DNA from: Chitinophagales bacterium
Lineage (GTDB): Bacteria > Bacteroidota > Bacteroidia > Chitinophagales > LD1
Direction of reading: 5' to 3'
DNA length: 39,052 bases
NCBI GenBank assembly: GCA_033578915.1
Contig: JAVQWQ010000002.1
Coordinates: 1 to 39,052, forward strand
The notes under the pieces: generated by a model
Told to the model about the DNA's origin: nothing
Seen by the model: the letters and a program-made list of their open reading frames with translations, nothing else
Databases searched by the model: none
Shown: piece after piece, positions 17,821 through 28,215 of the stretch
How positions within the stretch are numbered: position 1 is the first letter of the stretch
Layout: every line of letters starts with the position of its first letter
Program-made: the position numbers and the translations under genes

Positions 17821-18873
17821 ATGAAAAAAACTTTCTGCGTTTTAATATTTTGCGTTGTAGCCATATACACCTTTTCTCAAAATCCCTTGGGAGGCAGCGC
17901 TTCCTTGGCTTTTATAAATAATCCTTTCAGCGCTAGGCTTTACGCATTAGGACACATAAACCAGACATTATTTGATAACGATGCAACACTGGGTTATACT
18001 AACCCTTTTTTATGGAACAAAAACATGCATCAGCAAATTGCGTTTGGCACATCGTTTATTCCCGGAGGCGTTAATGCAGGGAACATCGCTTACGTGCATC
18101 ATTTCCCAAAGATATCAGCTTTTGGGTTTGGCTTTAATTACATCGCTTACGGAAACATTCCTCGTACAGATGAGAGCAGCAACATTATCGGAAAGATTCA
18201 AGCATCTGAATATATATGGTACAGCGGGACCGCTTACCATTTCGCCAAACTTTTTGCCGTTGGCGGAAACATCAAGCTCTTTTACTCCCAGTTGGCAGAG
18301 TTTAGCAGCGTGGGTATGGCAGCAGATATTGGCTTTTCTATCAACGACACCGCCAAGCTGCTGAGTTTTTCTTTGACGGCAACAAACGTTGGCGCTCAAT
18401 TCAAGCCATATCGCAATGGAAATACAGAAATAATTCCTTTCGATTTGCGGATGGGTTTCTCCTTTGGATTTAAAGGTTTTCCTATACGGTTTCACACCAC
18501 CATGCATAATCTTCATCGCTGGAACATCAGATATAGCAACCCGCGCGAAAACAATACCGGAAATTTATTCTCTTCAAGTGATGCAAAGCCTTCAAAAGAC
18601 ATAGGCGATGAAATTTTCCGGCATTTTATTTTAGGTGCGGAAGCAAATATTAAAAAGATAGTGAGGCTTCAGCTTGCTTACAACCATTTGCGAAGGCAGG
18701 AACACAGACAGCTTAATGTTCGCAGTATAGCAGGATTTTCATTTGGTATGGGGATTCGGATTAAATTTATGGATATTCAATATGCTTTTAGCCCATATGC
18801 GTTGGGCAGAAATTCAAGTCATCTCACAATGGGGATTGACATTCAAAAAATTCCGCGCAGAAAAAAGAACTAA
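17821..18873 (+). CDS. porQ: Type IX secretion system outer-membrane protein PorQ
   Basis: 350 aa with a signal peptide. GGSASLAFINNPFSARLYALG...NPFLW and HNLHRWNIRYSNP resemble PorQ signatures as I recall them. The rest alternates in a beta-barrel-like pattern. Confidence 0.7.
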   Translation: MKKTFCVLIFCVVAIYTFSQNPLGGSASLAFINNPFSARLYALGHINQTLFDNDATLGYTNPFLWNKNMHQQIAFGTSFIPGGVNAGNIAYVHHFPKISAFGFGFNYIAYGNIPRTDESSNIIGKIQASEYIWYSGTAYHFAKLFAVGGNIKLFYSQLAEFSSVGMAADIGFSINDTAKLLSFSLTATNVGAQFKPYRNGNTEIIPFDLRMGFSFGFKGFPIRFHTTMHNLHRWNIRYSNPRENNTGNLFSSSDAKPSKDIGDEIFRHFILGAEANIKKIVRLQLAYNHLRRQEHRQLNVRSIAGFSFGMGIRIKFMDIQYAFSPYALGRNSSHLTMGIDIQKIPRRKKN

Positions 18874-19595
18874 AAAAGCTGGACAACAGGCAATTCTTTT
18901 TGAATTGAACCAACTGCACTTTTGGCGCGAAAGAGCTCGTAAAGCAAAATATTCATTCCAAGTAAAATGAAGTTGTATAAAAAGTCTTCTACAGGTATGC
19001 TGCCTAAACGCAAACCTAAGTTTTCACTGTCGTTGTACATCACAACAGGGAGCGCGGTCAAAATACCGTTCACCAAAAGCATAGGTATTATGGATATAGC
19101 ATAAGCCAGCAGGAAAGATTGTAGCTTATTCCCCTTAAGAATCAAAGGAACAAATGGCATGATGATTGCTGAACCAAATAGAACCGTCCAGGTATATGTT
19201 TTGTGTAAAAACATAAAGGAACATATCATCAAAACGATAGCTAAAAGCAAAAGAAGTGTGGAGGAAAATGCGGGAATAAAATTCTTCTTTATGAAATAAG
19301 CTACGGTTTCATATATGAAGGTGCAAGCGTAGGGTATGGTTAAGAAGAAAAGATATTCTTCTAGAGGCATGCCCCATAAATATATGCCCACCACATATTT
19401 CGGGTTAAAACTCCACACACCATATTTGGTTTTGAAGTAATCCCATATCAAAAAGAAAGCAGCAGTAAAGCATAACGAAGGCAGGTAGTATTTCCATTTT
19501 TTCCAGAAATGAAGTTTTTCCTCAAAAGAACAGGCCAGCGGTACACTTACAGATATGAGGTTGATAGCAAGATATGTAAATTGTTCAATATTCAT
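18870..19595 (-). CDS. crtY: Lycopene cyclase, fused CrtYc/CrtYd-type (lycopene cyclase domain protein)
   Basis: 241 aa polytopic membrane protein with two PxE(E/D) motifs (GMPLEEYLFF, GSIPVEDFLYNF). It is the last gene of the crt operon. Its stop overlaps the porQ stop convergently. Confidence 0.8.
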   Translation of the reverse strand: MNIEQFTYLAINLISVSVPLACSFEEKLHFWKKWKYYLPSLCFTAAFFLIWDYFKTKYGVWSFNPKYVVGIYLWGMPLEEYLFFLTIPYACTFIYETVAYFIKKNFIPAFSSTLLLLLAIVLMICSFMFLHKTYTWTVLFGSAIIMPFVPLILKGNKLQSFLLAYAISIIPMLLVNGILTALPVVMYNDSENLGLRLGSIPVEDFLYNFILLGMNILLYELFRAKSAVGSIQKELPVVQLF

Positions 19596-19649
19596 TTTCT
19601 CATTCTATTTTAAGAAATACTGATGAAAATTCCTGGAAATGATATAAAA

Positions 19650-20495
19650 CTAGTTGGTCAACAAAGCTTCTGCTCTAGTGCGAGCAATGGTTGCAAGCAA
19701 CACGGCAAATTTATGTGTATCAGGCACTCTGATACGTGTATCTTTTAGTTTTTTGGCGGGTGATGACTGAATTTTTCTAAACAAAGCCATATAATACTTA
19801 TAAGCTAAAAGCACTCCACTTTTTGCCCCTTTTGGAAGTTGCATAATACCATTATAAGCTATGCGAAAGTCTTCCGCAATTTCCCTTTCAATCTGAGCTT
19901 TTGCTTCTTCCTGAAAATTTTCGAAGTCAATTCCGGGAAAGTACACACGGCCTCTTTCATCATAGTCGCTTTTCATGTCGCGCAGAAAATTTACTTTCTG
20001 GAAAGCGGCTCCAAGCGCACGTGCAGGCATTTTGAGTTTATCATAGAGCGCATCATCACCCTCGGCAAATACCTTTAGGCACATCAGCCCTACCACTTCA
20101 GCGCTTCCATAAATATATTCGTTATATCCTTCGCGTCCATAAGCTGTTTTGGTAAGGTCCATTTCCATACTTTTAAAAAATGCCTCCACCAGGTCAAGAG
20201 GTATTTGATACTGATTTACTACTTTTTGAAAAGAGTGAAGTACCGGGTTAAGAGAAATTTTCTCTTCAATTGCCAGATATGTATCTCTTTTAAATCTTTC
20301 CAGCAGTTCCTTTTTATTATATTGATGAAATGTATCTACGATTTCATCTGCAAAGCGCACGAATGCATAGATACCATAAATAGGTTCATGAAATCTGGGG
20401 TCGAGTGTTTTAATCCCCAACGAAAAAGATGTACTGTAAGCCTGAGTAACTTTTTTACTTGTCTGAGCCGCAATATTTTCAAATAATGAAAACAT
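19650..20495 (-). CDS. crtB: Phytoene synthase
   Basis: Asp-rich motifs YAFVRFADEIVD and FLRDMKSDYDERGRVYFP. I prefer ATG 20495 (MFSLFENIAAQ), 10 nt after the crtI stop. The track start 20552 is a TTG that overlaps crtI. Confidence 0.9.
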   Translation of the reverse strand: MFSLFENIAAQTSKKVTQAYSTSFSLGIKTLDPRFHEPIYGIYAFVRFADEIVDTFHQYNKKELLERFKRDTYLAIEEKISLNPVLHSFQKVVNQYQIPLDLVEAFFKSMEMDLTKTAYGREGYNEYIYGSAEVVGLMCLKVFAEGDDALYDKLKMPARALGAAFQKVNFLRDMKSDYDERGRVYFPGIDFENFQEEAKAQIEREIAEDFRIAYNGIMQLPKGAKSGVLLAYKYYMALFRKIQSSPAKKLKDTRIRVPDTHKFAVLLATIARTRAEALLTN

Positions 20496-20505
20496 ATTTT
20501 TCTTT

Positions 20506-21996
20506 TTATAAAATACTTTTTTGTATTCGATGAATAATTTCTCTAGCCGCAATTTGTCCGCTGATTATGCTGGGGGGTACCCCTGGCCCGGGTACGGTAA
20601 GCTGGCCGGTGAAAAAAAGATTTTTTACGCGCCTGCTTCTCATTTTTGGTTTTAAAAAAGCGGTTTGAAGTAATGTGTTAGCTAAGCCATAAGCATTCCC
20701 CCTGTACGAATTATAATCAGCTTTAAAATCATTTATGGCGTAACTTCTTTTTACAACAATGTTTTGTTTAAAAGGTTCTCCTGTTTTTTGCTCAATTCTT
20801 TCAACAAAAAGATTAAAATATTTTTCGCGAGTGCTTTCATTGTCTTCTATTCCCGGAGCCAGAGGCATTAGTATGAAAATATTTTCGCAGCCCAGAGGAG
20901 CAACACTACCATCTGTTTTTGAAGGACAGCACACATAGAAAAGAGGGTTTGTAGGCCATCGAGGTGAATCATATATTTCTCTCGCATGAACCTCAAAATC
21001 TGCATCAAAAAAAAGATTATGATGCAAAAGGTTGGGAATAGTTTTGTTTACACCAACGTAAAAAAGTAAAGCGCTAGGGCTCATCACTCTGTTTTCCCAA
21101 TATTCCTGAGAGTATTGACGGTATTCGCTAGATAGCAACATTTGTTCGGTGTGATGATAATCGCTGCCGGCTACAACAATATCAGCATCGTAGGCGCTAT
21201 TTTGAGTGATTACTTTACCGGCCTTTTTCTCATATACTCTGATATGTTTTACCTCCTCTCCGCATAGTATCTGAACTCCTTGCTCTTTACATATCTGCAC
21301 AAATGCTTCAACAATTTTATGCATCCCGCCCATAGGATACCATGTGCCCAGAGCAAGATCTGCATAGTTCATCATACTGTAGAGTGCCGGAGTTTTGTCG
21401 GGCGTGCTTCCCAGAAATAAAACCGGAAATTCCAACAATTGTATAAGATGTGGATGCCTGAATCTTTTTCTTACTTCACGTCTCAATGATGTAAAAAGTT
21501 GAATTTGAAGGCTTTTGATGATGAGCCTTAAATCAATAAATTCAAAAACGCTATCGCATATGCGATGGACATAATCTTCCATAGCTGTGCGATATTTATA
21601 CTCGGCGTCTGAGAGAAATTCACGCAAACGAGCTGAGCTTCCCGGCTCTTTTTGTTCAAATAGCGCTTCAAGATCTTTGAGGGAAGCCGGAACATCCATC
21701 ACTTCACCGTCTTGAAAAAAAATTCGATATGATGGGTTTAATCTTTTCAAATGATAAAAGTCCGATGCTTTTTTTCCAAATTGGTTATAGAACTGCTCAA
21801 ACACTTCGGGCATCCAATACCAACTGGGACCCATGTCAAACACGAAGCCATCTTTTATCCATACTCGTGCCCTACCGCCAGGTGATTCATTTTTTTCCAG
21901 TAAGGTTACTTGATGACCTTCTTTTGCAAGCAAAGCTGCCGCGCTGAGCCCGGAAAAACCCGAACCGATTACAACAATTTTTTTTGAATTAGCCAT
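20506..21996 (-). CDS. crtI: Phytoene desaturase
   Basis: 496 aa. N-terminal FAD Rossmann motif KIVVIGSGFSGLSAAALLAKEGHQVTLLEKNESPGGRA and a C-terminal FTGQLTVPGPGVP motif. Confidence 0.93.
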   Translation of the reverse strand: MANSKKIVVIGSGFSGLSAAALLAKEGHQVTLLEKNESPGGRARVWIKDGFVFDMGPSWYWMPEVFEQFYNQFGKKASDFYHLKRLNPSYRIFFQDGEVMDVPASLKDLEALFEQKEPGSSARLREFLSDAEYKYRTAMEDYVHRICDSVFEFIDLRLIIKSLQIQLFTSLRREVRKRFRHPHLIQLLEFPVLFLGSTPDKTPALYSMMNYADLALGTWYPMGGMHKIVEAFVQICKEQGVQILCGEEVKHIRVYEKKAGKVITQNSAYDADIVVAGSDYHHTEQMLLSSEYRQYSQEYWENRVMSPSALLFYVGVNKTIPNLLHHNLFFDADFEVHAREIYDSPRWPTNPLFYVCCPSKTDGSVAPLGCENIFILMPLAPGIEDNESTREKYFNLFVERIEQKTGEPFKQNIVVKRSYAINDFKADYNSYRGNAYGLANTLLQTAFLKPKMRSRRVKNLFFTGQLTVPGPGVPPSIISGQIAAREIIHRIQKSIL

Positions 21997-22030
21997 TCTG
22001 ATGTTTAAAAATGGTATCTTAAACCGTAAA

Positions 22031-22564
22031 TTAATTGGCGGACGAATTTTCGATACCCATTTTTTTCAAACGACTTTGAATTTCTTTGCGCGCAAAAAAT
22101 ATGCGGCTTTTTACCGTGCCAAGTGGTAGATCTAATTGTTCGGCAATTTCCTGATATTTAAAACCTTCAAAATACATCAAAAAAGGTTCAGTAAAATCTT
22201 TGCTAACACCCTCTATGGCCTTTTTGATATGTTCACGCATAAAAGCGCGGTCCCCTTCATTTTTTACGACATCTTTACATACATTTTCAAGAAATGTACC
22301 GTTTTCGCTGTTATCCAGCACTACCCCTCTTTTTTGATTACGCCTGTAGTTATTGATAAAGATATTTTTCATAATAGTAAATAACCAGGCTTTAATATTG
22401 GTGCCTTCCACAAATTTTTCCTTATTAGCTATAGCCCGATAGTAAGTATCCTGTAGCAAATCCTCTGTCTCTTCTTTATTTTTTGTAAGGTTGGTAGCGT
22501 AAGGACGCAGAATTCTATCAAATTTTACAATCTCATTGGCGAAATCGATGTTGGCTGTGCTCAT
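22031..22564 (-). CDS. ECF-type RNA polymerase sigma-70 factor (first gene of the crt operon)
   Basis: 177 aa. Region 2 reads EDLLQDTYYRAIANKEKF...WLFTIMKNIFINNYRR. Region 4 has the HTH YQEIAEQLDLPLGTVKSRIFFARKEI. It ends 34 nt upstream of crtI. Confidence 0.88.
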   Translation of the reverse strand: MSTANIDFANEIVKFDRILRPYATNLTKNKEETEDLLQDTYYRAIANKEKFVEGTNIKAWLFTIMKNIFINNYRRNQKRGVVLDNSENGTFLENVCKDVVKNEGDRAFMREHIKKAIEGVSKDFTEPFLMYFEGFKYQEIAEQLDLPLGTVKSRIFFARKEIQSRLKKMGIENSSAN

Positions 22565-22629
22565 AATTTTAAATTTTTGGGTTTGTTAATTCAACAAGCT
22601 GAACAGCTAAAGCTATAAAAAACAACTTT

Positions 22630-22766
22630 TGTTTAACTATTCAACTTGTTTCTTAAACAAAAATAAGTTTGAGATCGATCTTTTACAAGTCCTTTGTTTA
22701 ACTTTATTGTTAAATAAGGTAAACAAATTTGGCTCAATATGCCCGTTTTGTGAAATAATGTTTAAC
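22630..22766. repeat. Three exact copies of TGTTTAAC at 65- and 64-bp spacing in the sigma/eno intergenic region
   Basis: Copies at 22630-22637, 22695-22702 and 22759-22766. Copies 1 and 2 share an extended TTTGTTTAACT. Related TTGTTAA / TTTGTTTA variants occur at about 22583, 22645, 22707 and, on the minus strand, 22720. Confidence 0.6.
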
Positions 22767-22840
22767 GGTAATAATAAAATTTTTAATTGCAGGACTTGAA
22801 TTATGAACGTTTTTGAAATTACGAATTTTAATCTGAATAA

Positions 22841-25361
<2,521 letters not shown>

Positions 25362-25553
25362 GATTAGTCGCTTTATTGCAAGCTAAAAAAATTTCTCTTA
25401 AAGAAAAACAATTAAGCATCTTAAATCCGCTGACAGTGCTTCATTAAATATTCTATTCTTTATAAAATGGTATATTTTAAAGTAGCCAATTGTATCATGA
25501 ATGCAATAAAAAAGTGAATACTATTTCTTAATATAGCCATTGTAAATTTTGAT

Positions 25554-26093
25554 ATGGATAGTAATTTAGGAATCGGTTCGAAAGTTCAGCACCCTAAATA
25601 TGGCAAGGGGGTAGTAGTCAATCTGGATGCAGAATATTATACAATATATTTTCTCGATGAAGGAAGCACCCGAGGAATAGCCAGAGACTTTGACGGCCTC
25701 ATCACCCTTGAGAGAATAGAAGCCGATGCTCTTCCAATTACTTTAGACGATATCAAACTGGCTGTTTCAGAAGTATTGGAAGAAAAATACGGAGCAGAAG
25801 AAAAGGTTGCTATGGCCGGCAGATGGACAGGTGGAAAAATAATTCTAAAGCCTGGCAGCGATGAATTGCAGTCAAAAGAAATACCCATTGAAACATTCTT
25901 CCATAAAATCGTAATGATTCGGGACAGGTTAAGAGTAATGGAACAACAAATCAATGCGCACAAAAAACTTAGCGATGAAGAAAAGGTAGAGCTTCAACAA
26001 TACATTACTCGTATATACGGCTCATTGACAACATTTAATCTTTTGTTCAGGTACACTGAGGACCAGTTTAAAGGAACAGGTGGAGAAAAATAA
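25554..26093 (+). CDS. Conserved hypothetical protein; N-terminal GxxVxHxxYGxGxV motif (UvrD/PcrA-CTD-like) plus a C-terminal helical region
   Basis: 179 aa with no signal peptide or TM segment. Clean ORF with an ATG start in a 190-nt intergenic context. Confidence 0.6.
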   Translation: MDSNLGIGSKVQHPKYGKGVVVNLDAEYYTIYFLDEGSTRGIARDFDGLITLERIEADALPITLDDIKLAVSEVLEEKYGAEEKVAMAGRWTGGKIILKPGSDELQSKEIPIETFFHKIVMIRDRLRVMEQQINAHKKLSDEEKVELQQYITRIYGSLTTFNLLFRYTEDQFKGTGGEK

Positions 26094-26123
26094 GATGAAG
26101 CCTAGTCTTTTAAAGACGCAACA

Positions 26124-28205
26124 TTATCTAACAATACAAAAACGTGAAGTAAAAATTTCATTTGTACTGAATACAATTTTGGCGACATATATTCCTTTGG
26201 CATAGTACGAGATGTCAATATCCGAGATGTATCTCACATTTGCACGATGCTCCAAAATTCTACCTTCCAAGTCAGTGATATATAGGTCGAAGGACTTATC
26301 TTCATTAATTTCCACGTAAAGTTTTTGATGCGCGGGGTTTGGATAAATCTTTGCAGATAATATTGAGGGCTGGCTGACAAAACTCACCGAAACAAAAACT
26401 GTATTAGAAGTATCTTTACAGCCGTCGGGCCCTCCGGCGACCAAAGCATAGCTGCCGCTTTCAGTTACAATATATACAGAATCATTTGCTCCTGGAATAG
26501 GCAAATTGTTTTTAAGCCAGGTGTAATTGCTGTAACGCTGTGGCGCTGCCAAAATATTTCCGTTTTGAATAATTGGCGCTTTTAAATCAATGGTAAACAC
26601 AGTAACCTGATCAGTTGCTGTGCAACCATTTTTATCTCTCACCGTCACTGTATATTCGGTTGTATCCGGAACATTCTGAATTATAGGATTAGATAAATTA
26701 ATATTATTTAAACCAATTGACGGCTCCCAGATGATTGTGTAAGGAGGAGTACCACCTTTGGCAGTAGGAGTTCCACCTAAAAAATGGCTTGTTGTAACAC
26801 AATTGGCAGAAATTAACTTATTGGTTCCGGCATCGGCAATAGGATTTTGATTGACAGTTAAAATAAGTGTTGTGATACTATCGCAACCCCCAGCAGCAGT
26901 TGCAGTGTCATTAAAAGTTCCAGTTTGTTTTCTCCATAAACCGCTAAAGAAAAATGAATCTCCTTCGCAGATATTTTGATTTAAAGTAACTTGAACGATG
27001 GCATTTACCGATAAATTTAAGGTAATGATACTGTCGCACCCTGCAGAATTAGGAATAGTATCGAAATAAGTTCCTGCAGTCGTTAGTTGCTGACCATTAA
27101 AAAAGAATGAGCCTCCCTGGCATATAGAGCGATTGATGGTTGCAGCACTATTGTTTCGAACTTCAACTGTTTTAGAGGCTGTGGCAGTACATCCAGAAGA
27201 ATTAGTGACTGTTACCTCGTATGTAGTGGTAGATAAAGGTGTTACATTTTTTGTATTTCCTTGCCCAAGGCCTTGATTCCAGTTATAATTAGTACCTCCG
27301 GAGGCCACCAAAACAGCGCTTTTGCCCCTGCATATAAAATCGGGCCCAGTAATTATAGCATTTGGATTAGATGTAACATTTATAATTACGGTATCTCTTG
27401 CTGTACCGTTGGAAGCGTTTACAGTAACAATATAGGTTGTTGTTTGCGAAGGTGTAGCAACGGGATTAGGGCAGTTTACACAACTCAGGCCAGAACCAGG
27501 TTGCCATGAATAAGTGACGCTGCCTTGTGCGTTTGAAACCGCAGTGGATAATTGTATTGATTTGCCTGCACAAATAGTAGTATCATTGTTTGTTCTAACT
27601 GTGGGAGGAATTGCGGGAGCGGGAGTTACAGTGTAGGTGCGGTGAAAGATAGAATCATTGGCATCGCCTGAAGGTGCATAAGCTTTGTTAATGGCTGTAT
27701 AAAAAGTAACATTTCCAAAACCTTGTGGCGGAGCGGTCCAGTTGAAACTCCAACTGCTCACAGAGCCGCTCGCGCTCTGATGGCCTATATAAGAAATTCC
27801 GTTTTGAGATTGAACTGACGTATTGCTGTTGATATTCGAAAAAGTTCCGGCATTTTGATTGGATGTACCCAAAGCTGACATTTGAAATCCGTACCTGTTT
27901 GCAGTGCCAAGCACGGTTACTACCATTACATATTGAGTACCGGGACTGTACTGGAAGCCATTTAACGGTGATTGATTCGAAATATTAGGGCCAATGGTGA
28001 TAATAGCTCTTTCTAAATTAAATGGCGCCCAGGAGTCATGGCAACCGGAAGCCGCACAAGTGCTATTATTTACAGGGTCTTGTGTTCTGCCTGTCGGAGG
28101 CCTGAACGAGTTTGAGGTTACCTTCTCAGAATTGAAAAATGAAATAAAAAAAACAATGAAGGGTAAAGAAAAAAGTAACTGCCGGAGTAATTTTTTTCTA
28201 ATCAT
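26124..28205 (-). CDS. T9SS cargo protein: N-terminal Reeler-like(?) domain, multiple Cys-containing Ig-like repeats, type-A Por C-terminal sorting domain
   Basis: 693 aa with a signal peptide. Repeats are of the type ICxGxSxxL...TTTYxVTV..NGC and two CQGGSFFFNG...AGCDSIITLNLSVN units. The C-terminus KIYPNPAHQKLYVEINEDKSFDLYITDLEGRIL...GIYVAKI matches the T9SS CTD pattern. Confidence 0.8.
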   Translation of the reverse strand: MIRKKLLRQLLFSLPFIVFFISFFNSEKVTSNSFRPPTGRTQDPVNNSTCAASGCHDSWAPFNLERAIITIGPNISNQSPLNGFQYSPGTQYVMVVTVLGTANRYGFQMSALGTSNQNAGTFSNINSNTSVQSQNGISYIGHQSASGSVSSWSFNWTAPPQGFGNVTFYTAINKAYAPSGDANDSIFHRTYTVTPAPAIPPTVRTNNDTTICAGKSIQLSTAVSNAQGSVTYSWQPGSGLSCVNCPNPVATPSQTTTYIVTVNASNGTARDTVIINVTSNPNAIITGPDFICRGKSAVLVASGGTNYNWNQGLGQGNTKNVTPLSTTTYEVTVTNSSGCTATASKTVEVRNNSAATINRSICQGGSFFFNGQQLTTAGTYFDTIPNSAGCDSIITLNLSVNAIVQVTLNQNICEGDSFFFSGLWRKQTGTFNDTATAAGGCDSITTLILTVNQNPIADAGTNKLISANCVTTSHFLGGTPTAKGGTPPYTIIWEPSIGLNNINLSNPIIQNVPDTTEYTVTVRDKNGCTATDQVTVFTIDLKAPIIQNGNILAAPQRYSNYTWLKNNLPIPGANDSVYIVTESGSYALVAGGPDGCKDTSNTVFVSVSFVSQPSILSAKIYPNPAHQKLYVEINEDKSFDLYITDLEGRILEHRANVRYISDIDISYYAKGIYVAKIVFSTNEIFTSRFCIVR

Positions 28206-28215
28206 GTTTTATAAA

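Noticed and set aside
17972-18516. Two long shadow ORFs (130 aa in an alternative plus-strand frame, 133 aa on the minus strand) inside porQ
   Set aside because: Both overlap the PorQ frame, which has clear family motifs. They have no start context or motifs of their own, and their length is explained by the locally higher GC content and stop-poor frames.
20496-20552. Track start of crtB at 20552, overlapping crtI by 47 nt
   Set aside because: The start there is a TTG. ATG at 20495 sits 10 nt after the crtI stop, and the added residues (MRLEKLFIEYKKVFYKKKN) are just the reverse-frame reading of the crtI C-terminus region.
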